The notes under the pieces: generated by a model | Database searches by the model: none | Told to the model about the DNA's origin: nothing | The model's input: the letters and a program-made list of their open reading frames with translations, nothing else | Position numbers and translations under genes: made by a program | Shown here: in pieces, positions 37,288 through 49,963 of the stretch | How positions within the stretch are numbered: the first letter of the stretch is position 1 | Layout: every line of letters begins with the position of its first letter | NCBI GenBank assembly: GCA_002104905.1 | Contig: MCFE01000145.1 | Location: forward strand, 90,755-154,754 | Reading direction: 5' to 3' | Source: Basidiobolus meristosporus CBS 931.73 | Lineage: Eukaryota > Fungi > Basidiobolomycota | DNA length: 64,000 nt

Positions 37288-38404
37288 CACCACAACTAGT
37301 CAACTAGATTTCAATTGTCTGCACTCAGTAGTCAAGAAAGCTGGTCGTTTGGAGGGAAACTAAAGAAACGCTAGGGCTGAGAGGAAGAGGAAATAGCTTG
37401 CCGTCACTCGCACCAAACAGCCTTGATTAATTCCGAAATCAAGTTGTTCCACAGCAACTGCAATTATGTATGATGTAAATGTATGTAAATAACCAACAAT
37501 CAATAATATACAATGGCCGCTCATGAATCCTCCCAAATGGATCCGGAGCACCCAAATTCGGATATTCCTCGGAGCTTTGTCAGGGATTGAACCAGTGCGC
37601 CGATCATGTGAGCAACCACCATCGCTCTCAACAAGCCCAAGCGGCCCAAAAGTAGACAATGGCAACTTGCTTGAGGCTGAAAGGCAGCGGTGGGTAGATG
37701 AATTGCGCATATGGTTGTCGTATGCGTAGCTGAGGCGGGCCGATCCTAGTGCTGCCACGGAGACCGGATTGGCGCTGGTGGGTTCAGCAGCAATCCGCCT
37801 TTGTGTACATGCACAAGCCATGCCCATATCCATGACCATGTCCTTGTCCATGACCATCCCATGGCAGAGCCGTGCTCAAGCATCGGGGTCATTTCTGCGG
37901 CTTCGCAACATCCCTCAACACCGACAGCGAACGGTGGCCAAGATGCGGCTGGCATTGATTAGCCAGGATCCTGACGTCATCCAGCCATCAGACATTGTTT
38001 ACTTCATCCCTCGGGGCTCATGGGCGGATCAGGCCACCAGCAAGATGGCTCAGACTTGGCAAGAATGGGATGTGCAAGCGACCATGGAATAGGCTTAGCA
38101 GGGGGATGAGTAAATGTTGCGCTTTTCTAGGGATTGAGTGGAAATCGGCGGATATTCCTTTGGAATTGGGAACTATCGCATCAATTGTGGAGTCCGATTA
38201 CTTGTCCCACGATATAGGCTGTTTCAAGCAGGCCGCTTTTGTACCTCAGTTGCTAAGCTCCACCCATTCAGTTATTTCCACCACCAACAACCAAGCCTAG
38301 GCGCTTCTCTCACCAGTCCTCTGGTTTATGCACCACACCAACCACTTCCTTGCGTAGTTTGTTCGTTGAAGTGTTTGTCAGCCCATACTTGACTAAGCGC
38401 AACC

Positions 38405-41400
38405 ATGCTCTCTAACAGAGAAACCAGTTTTTCAGAAACCTACGAATATGCCCTCCGATTTGCTTTGCTGCAGCAGAACATCGCCCGGGAGGTTTACAAG
38501 GCAGGCCGGGAAACGTACAAAGAGAAATTCCACACCACCGATACCCCCCTCTCAGCCATGTTTCTGGCCAATCTCTGCGCGGTCCTTGAAAGAGGCGGGA
38601 GCTTGCCTGCCACCCCGAACGCACATCCCTTGGAGCCAAGCCAGGTGGCTGGCCGGTGCTATGGCAACCTAGCGAGGGCGTTGCGGCTGCAGAAATCCAC
38701 CGACACAGTCACAATCGAGACCCTCATCCGACTCTACGTGGACTACGTTCTGTACGATTTTCAAACCAACGGCCTAGCCCCCTCGCTTCAGGCGAAGGCC
38801 AGGCTCATTAAGTGCATCGACGAGTTCCTCCTGGTCACCCTGCCCTTGGCAAGGGGGAACACCGACTTGATGAACAGATTTGGGAGCTACAAGCTAATCC
38901 TATTGCATCTAGAGCAAGACCAGTATGTGGAGTTTGTAGGGGAGATCTTCGAGGTGGCGCCGAAGGAGCACCAAGAAAACATCCGGATACTGCGCCCCTC
39001 ATGCACCAGACAGGTAACCCGCAAGTGGGCCCGTTTTTCAGTCGACGCTTGATCTAACCGAAGGCGATTCCAGGCAGCGATCGTTGAGCTTCAGGCGCTG
39101 CAGGCTCACTTGGCCCGCGGAGAGACTACATTCAAACCCGAGGCCTTCGAATCCGCCCAGGATTTCCAGCGATGGATCACCATGGAGAAGGAAAAGATCG
39201 GGCAGCTATTGAACGGCCTACAGTCGATACCATGCACCTCGGCCAGCCAGGTATGTTGAAAAGTGTTGGCCAGCCTTTACGCGACTAACCTATGCTCCAG
39301 CCCGGACGCGTCGATCTTATACCCCCGGATGCCAGAAAGCACTTCCAAAACCTGCTGCTGCTGATCCTCCCCGAAGATCAATGGAAAAAGAAATTCGGCG
39401 AGATGGGGAGCGTGTTCTTGAACATCTGCGGCCACCACTGGCGAATCCCTGCGTTCTTCCGCCAGGTGGCGCAGTTCAAGGCGGCCAACATCAAGTGGGA
39501 GATGGGGGAGTTGTCGTACGAGTTGCTGAGCAAGGCGATCATGGAGCTTGAGACGGTGTCCGATGACGCCATCTATCCGGACGTATGTTGCTTCTGGTTT
39601 CGTTTGGATCTCGGCAGAGCGCGAGGTGCTGATCTTCTATTAGGTTCAAGAGTTTCTCTCTATCTGTGACTCGCTTGAGAACTTGCTGGTGGAGCGGTTT
39701 GGAGAAGCCCTGCGGTCGCTCGATAGAAACCCGCAGGAGGAGTTCGGCTGGATAAAGGTGATCGTCAACAGTATCAAGGACAACCAGATCCTGATGAGCT
39801 ACCGGGAGGGCTCGGGGCCTTTTGTGCAACAGATCGAGGGATGCATTCAGGTTGGTTCAGTATCGATGCTTCATTGAGGCCCGGGCTAACTCAAAGTGCA
39901 GTATTCTGCTCTGGAAAGGTATAAGGAGTTGAAGACGCGAATCTTCAACGACGACCAAGACTCCAGCGAGGCGCAGAACCTGCTGGAAATCACGCGAGTG
40001 ATGCTTGAGGATATCGCAAAATGCCGTACGATGTTTCCGTTCAACGAGTTTAGGTAAGTGGCGATGGGCTGCCCTTGGCTTCGGAAAAGCGGCTTAGACA
40101 CCATTGCTTCAGGACGCCGACCTCAGCGGGCATCAATGTGATTACTACCTTGCTCAAGCCACAGCTGGGCTACTTCACCCTGGACATACAAAACATGGTT
40201 GATGACCGAAACAGCCAATACGCCGCCCTACGAGATACCTTTGAGCTCTACTCGAACGTCTACAGGCTGTCGGATATCTCGAAGCTACATGGGTAAGCAT
40301 GTCCTTGTCTGCGCTGGCCCCACTGCCACCCCCTTACGAGCAATCCCCTAGGCTTGAGTTTCAGTTCGACCTGACCAGGTGGTTCCAGTCCCAGATCGAC
40401 CGCTGGTTGAGCGACCTAGATACCAAGGCCCACGACTGGGTTCAGCGCGCGATTGAGAAAGACCAGGTATGCGGCCGTCCTTGGCGTTGTCAGAGAGGTA
40501 TCGCTAACTATTTGCAAAGCTATCGTTCGTCTCCGAGAAGCTGCGCCATTCCTCGTCCATCGTGGACCTCTTCTCATTCTTTCAGCAGCAACTCAACCCT
40601 GGCTTCGAGCTTCAGTGGCCCTCCCCTCAAATGAAAGCCATCTTCATCCGGGATCTCTCCAAGGTAAATATACCCCCTCGCCCCATGCGCCGTCACGTCC
40701 ATTGATTCGATTGCCCAACCCCCCCCCCAATAGATCATCATGAAGCGGATCCGGCTGTACTGCCAGATTATCCGAGAGAAGTACCGGGAGAGGATAGAGA
40801 AGCAGCGCAATGAGATCATTCGCAAGACCGTCAATGTTAGCAAGTATAGCTGGTCCAGTCTTCTCGGGAGGAATCAACCCAGCGGATCCACGGAGAACGA
40901 GTTCCAAGTGCTGAGAGAGGTATGATTCCTGGCAGGCTCGGTTTCTTCGGGCCCCTTGGGCTAAATCGTTTTGAACCCCCCTAGTACTGCGTCATTCTGA
41001 ACAACCTCGCCCAAGCGGAGAGCAGTCTATTCAAATTGTGGACGGCGTTGGATTATGACCCCGAGCAGGATGGCATCGGAACGACCAGCAAGCCTCAGAT
41101 ACCCCCTTCTCTTACCTACCTGGTGACTGTGGTTCAGGCGCAAAACCTCCAGGCGTGCGATTTCAACGGGCTGAGCGACCCGTTCGTAATCCTGCGGGTT
41201 GGAAGCCAGGACGTTGGCCAGACCACGGTGGTGAACGAGACCCTCAATCCCTGGTGGGAGGAGTCATTCCAGTTTGACGTCAAAGGAACCGAAGAGTTGT
41301 CGGTCACGGTCTACGATAAGGACTACATGAACGTCGACCTGTGCGGCATAGGCTTGCCCTTGAAATTGGACCCAACCACGTACACTGAATACACCATACG

Positions 41401-42306
41401 AGAGGATTGGGTGACTCTGGTTCCCCACGGACGGGTTCTGATTCGTAGCACGGCGTTCGGGGAGACCGAAGATGTCGAGTTCTACTTCGGGAAGAGCTTG
41501 AATATCGCGTCGGTGACCCTCAAGGATATGGCACGGCTGCTGGTTTATCAGGTTCGTTGGCATGGGATGTCGCAGTCGTTGTTCACTAGCTCACGTTACC
41601 CTTAATTCGCCATGACACCAGATGCACCAAGACATCAGCAACCACGTCTACGAGATCTTCGCCCATTTCCGAGGGAAATCCGCCACCTCCATAACGACCG
41701 AGCTCTGCGATAGGGCGCTGCATCCATTGTTGAACTACCTAGACAACAACTTGGGGAACCTATACGAGAATCTGTACGACAACAGCTGGAACGCCGTGGT
41801 CAAAGAGCTCTGGGACGATCTCCTGGATATTTTCGAGAACCTGATCTTTCCTCCGTTAGGTACGAATCGCAATCCTCTGAGTGAGACGGAGTTGCAGGTG
41901 GTATATCGATGCCTGGAGGTAACATATGGTTCATTTGATTCGTTGCTGGCAGACATGGCACTAACCCGCAACCCCGTACGAGTAGCTTACGAAAGTGTTC
42001 TTCAACGGAGGAAGCACAGGGAGCGGAGTGAACATCAAGGAATTGGAGAATGAGCGATACCAGCAACTTATCCTGACTGAGAAGCTGTTCCACATGTCCA
42101 CCGAAGAGCTGATCGACAGCTTCCGTGCACATACGAATCAGCTCCAAACAGACCGGACGAGCCAGGAATACAAGGCGCCCGAAAAGCCCATCTTCATCAT
42201 GATATACCATATCCTACGCGTGTTGCAGATGGTCCACAAGGAATTCAACGAGAAGTTCATCATGAAGCAGATGGAAATGATTGCCTTCCCGAACACGCAA
42301 TCCTGA
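38405..42306 (+). CDS. Unc13-like MUN-domain plus C2-domain protein (Git1/YOR296W-like), multi-exon
   Basis: YEYALRFALL start; MHD1-like WVQRAIEKD..HSSSIVDLF; C2 domain AQNLQACDFNGLSDPF..TLNPWWEESF..VYDKD; MHD2-like PLLNYLDNNL. Confidence 0.85.
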
Positions 42307-42477
42307 ACCACCCTGTGTGGTTCGCCATGATGCAGCCAACCCCTCCCTCCCTGTCTGATACTCGTTCCATGTCCACTCATGTAAAGCCACTGGTCGTACC
42401 CACTCAAAGTCTCTACCACCCATCGTTTGTGCTATTGACCCGAATCACTACCCTACCATTGGAATAAACCCGGTTTA

Positions 42478-43700
42478 TTAACGAAGCTTTTTCAGCGAAG
42501 TAAGCACAGACTTCTTCACAAACGTAGTGGAGTTCTCGACCACTCTGGTGACAAAGTCGACATCTTCCTTGATGTCCGCCGGGAAGTTCTTGACTATCAG
42601 GAGGATAAGGGTGGCATATTTCGAGGAACTTTTGAAGTCGGAAAAGTTCTCCTCCATGATCTTCAACAGGTCGAGCAATAGATTGCGTTTGAAAGGCGCC
42701 TTGGAGACTAGTAGGCTATGCATCACGCTGATGGTGTAGTCATTCCACTGGATCGTATCAACCCCCATCTCTCCATTCCGTTCCTCTGTTGGCTGTCTTG
42801 TCAGCGCTCTGCATCGAAGGCATTAGGGACAACAGTGAGGAGCTGGTTAAACCAGAATTATCACTTACTGTAGAAAGTAAACCAGAGATGGTTTATCGAG
42901 AGACTCTTTGATGGTACGATTGATAATGTCCGCCTGGAATTTCCCTGACAACATTTGGTGCTCAATAAAACACATGGCGTGAAGTTGAGCTCAAAGATTC
43001 CCCCATAATACCTGGTGCGGATTTGGTTAGAAGCGGTGAAAGCAACCCTTGAACAACTGCCTTTGGATTAGCTTTCGCGGCAGAGAAGATGGTGCTTAAC
43101 AAGATTCTTGAAGGAGCAACATCCAGCATGGCTACCTACGAAAAAGTGTTCCCTCAGTATGAGGAGCCACCGATCTCATCAAACCAAGGGACACCAACCT
43201 TTTGGAGTAATGAGGCTCGATAAAATATCACTAGATTGTGAAAAGAAATGGACTCGCAATCAATTATTGAGCTCATGATCTCCGCTAGCGTTTCGTCCGG
43301 AAGAGTTTTGAAGGGCACCTTTTGGCATAGCTGGTCAACCTAAACATGGAAGTGAATACACCACACTAAGGGATAGGCCCCAGGTAGTCGTTCAACTTAC
43401 GGAACTCTGTGGGAGCCGAATAAGCTCATTAAAAGTGTCGAGAAATGCTTCTGTTTTGGTATGACCCTCCAGCAAAGACTGGAATTGAGTGACCAAGAGA
43501 GTTTCGAAGACCGGGTCGCTTTCGTCGACGCCCGGCTTGGGAGTTAAGCTTGCAGAGATTGGGGAGGCTTCACCAACAATACGGAGCATTAGAACGGTCT
43601 GTTCATATGATACACTGGTATGTGCGCCATTACCTTGAACCCCTTCTTTCTCACTATCTACACGCCTCTTTTTCAACGCTTTGATTCTATCAATCGACAC
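42478..43700 (-). CDS. FANCE: Fanconi anemia group E protein homolog (C-terminal domain); 5' exons probably extend to ~44100-44350
   Basis: Spliced exons give VAMLDVAPSRILLSTIF..AVVQGLLSPLL, GKFQADII and WNDYTISVMHSLL..SSKYATLILLIV..STTFVKKSVLTSLKKL, matching the FANCE C-terminal pattern as recalled from human FANCE. Confidence 0.75.
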
Positions 43701-44573
43701 GTGCGCTGATAGTTAAGGTAACCGGTTACAACGTCTGAACGACGCTCACGGGTATAAAAATACTTCCACGTTAAAGGATATAAATTCTGCTGGCCCATGA
43801 TTGAGTTTTTTGATATAGCACCCTCCTATATTGATTCACAAACTCAGTTTAACCCTAGTGGATTGCCTATAGTGAAGGACAAAGGGAGCACTCAACCATC
43901 GTGTGATCCGGTGAGAAACTGTCTAATAGTTGAAGCGCAGCGAAACTCTTCCCCTCGAGAGGCAGACAAGCGAGCCTTTAAACTTGATATGGCATCCTCT
44001 CTATCTGACCACATTAAAGCTATATTCACTGCCGGTTCAAAGGAACATAGCGGTGCATCGTTACCTTCGAGGCACCATTTCAAATAATAAATACTGGGAT
44101 TGGTGAGAATTCGTATGGAGTTGATTTGGAAATGCCAAATGAAATCTAGTTGGCTTAACCATCATCAATCTACTTCATGGATAGGAATTTGGTTGGATGG
44201 TGAGAGATGGGAAGTGGGAATGGCATGTTTATGTAGAATCCAGTATGCGCATACATCGACTGGGTGTAAAGCAGCCTTGGCGTGGATCATAATACCGATG
44301 AGCAGACGAACCGTTGCGTGATGGAATAGTCTTTGGCGAGCATACCCTCTAGATCACTGTCACCAATCTTCTCAATGATGACTCAAGCCATATGTATTCA
44401 TGGTTGGGTTCTTCTGATGGTAAACGATAATCACGATATTAATCTCGAGTGATGGATATCTTCATCAATCTTGGGCGACATCCAGATGCAGATTTAACGT
44501 GGGCTTCAGCCATTGTGCGTGTGTACCATATCTCCCTTCAATATAGAGGCCCCAAAACCGACACAAGGCAACC

Positions 44574-45554
44574 ATGCAAAGTATCAAGGTGCTCAAGAAT
44601 GCCATCCGCAAAGACATGCGTACCAAGATGAGGAGCCTCCCTAAGGATTCCCTGCTTGAACAGAGTAAACAGTCCACTTCCATCTATTCCCTTCGTTCGT
44701 GTCTAAAGTCCCCCATCTCCCCTCAACACCCCCTGGATGAACCTCCTTATCCAACTTAGCTCGCAGCGTGCAGAAAAAAGTGCTCGGCTTGGAAGAGCTT
44801 CACAAGAGCTCCCGGGTGGGGATTTACCTCAGCTTGCCAACAGAAATCTCCACCACCGAGCTTTTAAGGGAGCTGTTCAAACAAAGTAAGTGCATGTGGT
44901 AAATGGTTCCCGTCGCTCTACAGCTAAGCACCCCTCCCCTCCCCGCGAACACTAGACAAGGCATGCTACGTACCCCGCTGGGGCAACAACCATATGGATA
45001 TGGTTAGACTAACCTCCTGGTCGGATTATGAAGGCTTACCAGTAAACTCCTTCGGCATCCCCGAGCCAGCTCATGAAGAAAAACGAATCAATGGTAATCA
45101 TGTATCACTCTTCTCGACAGACCCCACCTTTAGATAACCTATTTGCAGCATTTGAAGAGGGCGGATTAGATGTGCTGATCATGCCAGGTAAAGTCGAAGC
45201 CTGCATCGCTGATTCGATTCACATCACTTAATCAACAATGTCCAGGCCTTGCGTTCGACAAATTCGGCAACCGACTGGGCCGTGGCAAAGGGTAACTCTC
45301 CAACAAACAATCCAAGATACGGATCTTGTCTGACCTGAAGCATCCAAAAAAGGTACTACGATCGCTACCTGAACAACTATCAGTCGTTGGGGAAGTCGTT
45401 CAACCGCAAGGCCGCCTTCCAAAAGCCCTTTTTAGTGGGATTAGCTTTAAATGAACAGATCTCTGGGGCGCCCATCCCGACGGATGAGTTTGATAACCAG
45501 GTAGATTTGGTTATCACCTCCAAACGGAACATTCACAAACAGCATGGCGCCTAG
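44574..45554 (+). CDS. FAU1: 5-formyltetrahydrofolate cyclo-ligase (MTHFS), multi-exon
   Basis: K.[68 protein letters not shown]. Confidence 0.93.
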
Positions 45555-45784
45555 AACAACTTCCTGTTGGGATTCATGCGTTGCCTCATGCGCTTCCACA
45601 TAAAGTTTGCCAAGCATTCCTGCTGCTAGATGGTTATTTTATTATGTACAAATAGAATTATCATTAGGTGCGGATGTTGGGCGGTTATTTGGTGATGTCA
45701 CAGGCATTGGGGATGGAGGTGGTGGGAGTGGTTGGGTGTGCACGGGAATGGGAATGGGAATGGGAATGAGTTGTTGATTCCAAT

Positions 45785-48700
45785 CTAGATCGAGTGGATG
45801 CGCTTCGATTGCTCATTCGAAACGCGCAATCTATGGGTCCTTTGCTCATTTTCGCACTGGATCTGATTCAACAGCTCGGTTGCCCTAGCCGAAAGTGGAT
45901 CAATCTCCAAGGAGGAGCGTGTGGATGTGCTTGATCCCATGTCCTCACAGATAGCCAATCTTGGCATGACAGGTCGCTTTTTCTCCCGACGTTTGCTAAG
46001 CTGTTTGTGGTCCCGAAGAGATTCCAATAGATTGTCCATGACTCCTTTGTTATCGCTGTCATCATCGGTGACCGAGGAAACATCCACATCATACATGGTG
46101 CGTCTGGCGATCTTCCTCTGGTTCTCTTTTCTCAGCTCTATCTCCTGCTGTCGCTCGCGGCGCTTCTCTAGGATCACCTTCTTTTCTTGCTCTATCTGGT
46201 TATCCTTGATGGCATTGTTGAACGAGGACAGGAAGTTGACGAATATGTTAAAGAAGTTTTCGGATGATATGTTGCTAGCGTTTTCCCCGTAGAACCCTGC
46301 GGCCTCCTTGTACATTTCCTGGGACTTGTTCAGTTTGTCCTCAAGTGTGTCCAAGCTTGTTCGAGCCTCGGAGAAGAATTTATCCATCTCGGTCGCAAAC
46401 GTGTCCTTTTCCTCTGAGGATGTGGTCGCCTCGTCTTCTGCAGGCGGCACGGCTAAATTCTGCATCAACTCTTCGAGGTCTTTCTTGAGCGAATACAATA
46501 GATCGGCTATCTCATTGAAGGATGCTTCCAAATAATCGAAGTTAGTTGGCGGTTGCAATAAGAATAATACCCAGCTGGGCCACATGCGAAGATCAACTTA
46601 CCTTTGCTTGCCGCATCAACTATCCCCGACAGCTCTTTGACCTTGAGCAGGTCGGGGAAATTCTTCTCAATCACTTTGGTGAGGAAGTGTAGCAGCGTGG
46701 TGGAGTCGCCGCTTGCACGGATGTCACTTAGCTGCGAAACAGATGAATGAATCGAAATGATTGGTTGATATCAGATGCATTGACATACCCTTTCGAGACT
46801 CTGGATTTTAAATCCCTTGGCGTTACCGCGGAAATCCTTGGCGTTCATGAAATTGCCAATCACCAGGATCAACTAGGGTTTTGTTAGTTACGGGGTCTAT
46901 AGGCTAGGTGCTCACTGAATTACCTGAAGCAGTTTTGCTAGTTGTTGATTGGACTTGAGAGTGTTACATCCTTCCATGATGTTATCCAAGCTCTAGAGAA
47001 GCAATTTTTAATATTCATGTGCGCTTCAGAGACTGTGCTGAACTCACCTTCTCCATTCCGAAGGCCTTCTCGTTGAACGTCAGTTTCATGTAGACAGCTT
47101 TCAGCTTTTCCTCGAATTTATCTATTTTAAGGGTCTAAAGGGACGGCCCAGGGGGGTTAGGCACGAGTCGGTCAACCATGGTATCGATACGGGCCGACTT
47201 ACCTCGATGAGAACCGCCTCGGCTCTTCCTAGCTCCTTTTCTTTGACATCATCCTCGACATAGGATTCAAGAATCTTGGTCTAGACCGATAGAAAATTCA
47301 GTCGTTCGGTTCGAATCGCCGCATGTTACTTGGCACCTACCTCTCGCTCAGTGGGAAGGCACTTCATGAAATTCTCCAACAGATCCTCCGATATCACGTT
47401 GGAGTCCATGTTGAGAAATGCGTCGCAGATCTCCTTGGGAGAAAGGTGTTTCAGGCTACTCAGCATAATGTCTACCAAGGAATGCGATCGTCAATGGTGA
47501 GTGCCTGAAGGGGGTGTAACAACCAGCCCATGGCGAGTACGTATACAAATAACTTACCAATTTGGTAAGAGCGCTTGCTATCCAGTAACCGAATTTGCTT
47601 TTGGACCTGCTTCTGAGGATTGAACGTGGGCACCGAGGGATTTTTCTTTACGGCGAACTTGTCTTCCAATTCATCGAATATCCCCTCTCTTTCCAGCTCC
47701 TCCCCAAGCTTCTCTACCTCTGTGTTTTTCTCGTCCTCGTTCCATAACGTGCTCTCCACCACATATTCGGGTAATTTTTCCCAGTTGAACTTTTTGAGGG
47801 GCTTTTGAGGAGTGCGTTTGGTACTGTTGTCTGGCGCTACGTTGGTAAGATGATGTTAGCCTGTGAATCAATTGCTGATGGTGAGTCGGAGAGGTACCTG
47901 CTGGAGCTGGGGGTGGTGGCGGCGGGACTCCATTCGTCTTGATATTGTCCAGTTGATCCTGGAAAGAGTATGGGTTGTTGACTGGACTATCGTACATGTT
48001 AAACGAATCGATGGTAGGCGTTCTTGGGTATTGGTCGGAAAGAACTGATGAACTTGACCGAGCGATGGAGCTGGTACGGAACCTGGACAAACGCGAGCTG
48101 AACAGGTCCTCGTCTTCCGAATCAGCAGCCAGCTCGCCAACTGCGAAGATGGTTGATAACCTTCGGTGGGCCTCTGTAATGTCAGTGGATATAATCTGCT
48201 CGATGACGGTATCCAGCATTCGATAATAGTTATTTCTGAGAGGTTTAAAAAAGGTTAGCTTGGCGTTCGTGTGGCATGGAAATGCCTTGCGGGAATGTAG
48301 AAACCCTACCTGGACTTTGGGTTTCTTTGCGCGTAGAGCAGATGGTTTACAATTGACATGAATGGCTTGTGTCCCTTCGTCCTTTCAACCGGCCTGAAAG
48401 CAGCAACAAACACGTCACGGGGGTTGATGTTGCGCCAGCTGAACGTGCTTGAGCACATGTCCAAGTAGTCGCTCTCCTCGGCAGATTCAAACTTTTTCAG
48501 CTGGTAGTTCACGGTGGAGCTTCCAAACTTCTTGGCTTTGTGAACCACCGAACGAACCCCCGAGGCGATCATGTGTAGCCTGGTGGTGATCCTGTCATCT
48601 ATCTCCTCGCAAGTGTCGATCAGGCTGTTCATGAATATGAAGTTCGATTCCTGGATGATGGGGGTGAGTACGAAGATATCCCGAGGCGCGAATCACGTGA

Positions 48701-49963
48701 CGCCTACCAGGTATTCATAAAAGTGCTGGTCCGAGGAGATCTTGTCATACTTGTTGCAGTCGACGCCAGAATCGTTGTTACCTCTCCATATGTCGAGGGT
48801 GAAATGTCTCAACCAGACTTCATAAATGTAATCGTACTGTCTCATATCTTGGATGTGTTTCATGGCGGCGATCACGTGTTGTCGCCCAGAAGGTATATTG
48901 AGGTAACATATGAACGTAAGGATGTCGGTGGCAACCTTCCTGACTCCGAGGGAAGGTGATTCAAGGGCAAACGTAATATCCGTGATGCATTTTGGATGAT
49001 TCAGTACGCTTTTGGCGCCGACCTAAATTGGTTCGAGAGAACAACCTATCAGCCAAATCGCTCCCGAAAGAATGATGCCAATTCCATGAATAGTCCATCT
49101 TCACACGTTTCCATGGGAGGACGGTTCGGATTGGACAGCATCAATCTTACCAACCTTAGTGTTGAGAATGGATTTGATACACTTCATGATTTCGTATTCC
49201 AAAGATAAGTCAGTCATGCTCCTATATTTAGAAGGGGAGACGGTCCAATGAAAATCGGTCAGTACTTGCTGATGGGCGTAAGATAAAAATATTGTTCGTT
49301 TTAAATAGATTCGGCTGACTCACCTATTTAGTTTGTTACACGAATTGAAAATCGCTTCTGTTAGGTATCGTAGTCCTTTGAGGTCGACAAACTGACGGAC
49401 CCAACTAAACATCTTGGTGTTAGCAAAGAAAAACCAGAGACAGGGTCGACGAAAATTATGATGTATGTGAAGGCGTAGGGGTATGGTGAGTGCGTGTATG
49501 GACACATCATAGTGAGGTTTGGGTTATAGAGACGAACCTGATTGCTTGGGTGGAGAGCGATACGTTCAAAGACCGGTAATCGTTGACAGAGAGTACCTTG
49601 TCGTTAGCTTCGCTTAGCTTACGCACGTAGTACTCTGGGTATTGCTTGCTGAACTTGTGATATCGCTTGACCAAAAACTACATCGTATCAGAGAATTATG
49701 AGCAAAGGGAGTGACTGAAGTGGGCGATCGGGGAATATACGCACAGTCGAACTAGAGGCCTCTCTCTTCTTCTGGTTTTTAATCATGACTCGTTTCTGTT
49801 CCTCCGGCAGAGCTCTCAGAGGGTCTCTTTTGGCCTCCTCAATGCCCATGTTGTCCTGTTGGGAGGGTGCTGTTAATAGGAGACTCGAACGACGTGTCGC
49901 ACGCTAACAAACCATTAGACTTTCAAAGAGGGAAGCCACTTTGTCTTGGTTACTGCTCACCAT
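45785..49963 (-). CDS. Diaphanous-related formin (GBD/FH3-FH1-FH2-DAD; Bni1/SepA-like), multi-exon
   Basis: GCCACCATGG start context; DNMGIEEAKR..LP.EQK (GBD); KPLKKFNWEKL, LLDSKRSYQI, GNFMN..GNA.GFKI.SL (FH2); GVMDNLLESLR (DAD). Confidence 0.92.

Noticed and set aside
37360-38300. His/Gly- and Met-rich short ORFs between ERF4 and the MUN/C2 gene
   Set aside because: They arise from a catgac/catgtc low-complexity run read in several frames, are bounded by stops and show no family motif. Treated as the divergent promoter/UTR region.
42478-43700. CENP-I/Mis6 as the identity of the helical-repeat gene
   Set aside because: The C-terminal pattern fits FANCE much better and no Mis6 motif was recognised.
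45746-45770. (GGGAAT)4 microsatellite as a telomere-like seed
   Set aside because: Only four units, located in the formin 3' UTR; an ordinary short repeat.
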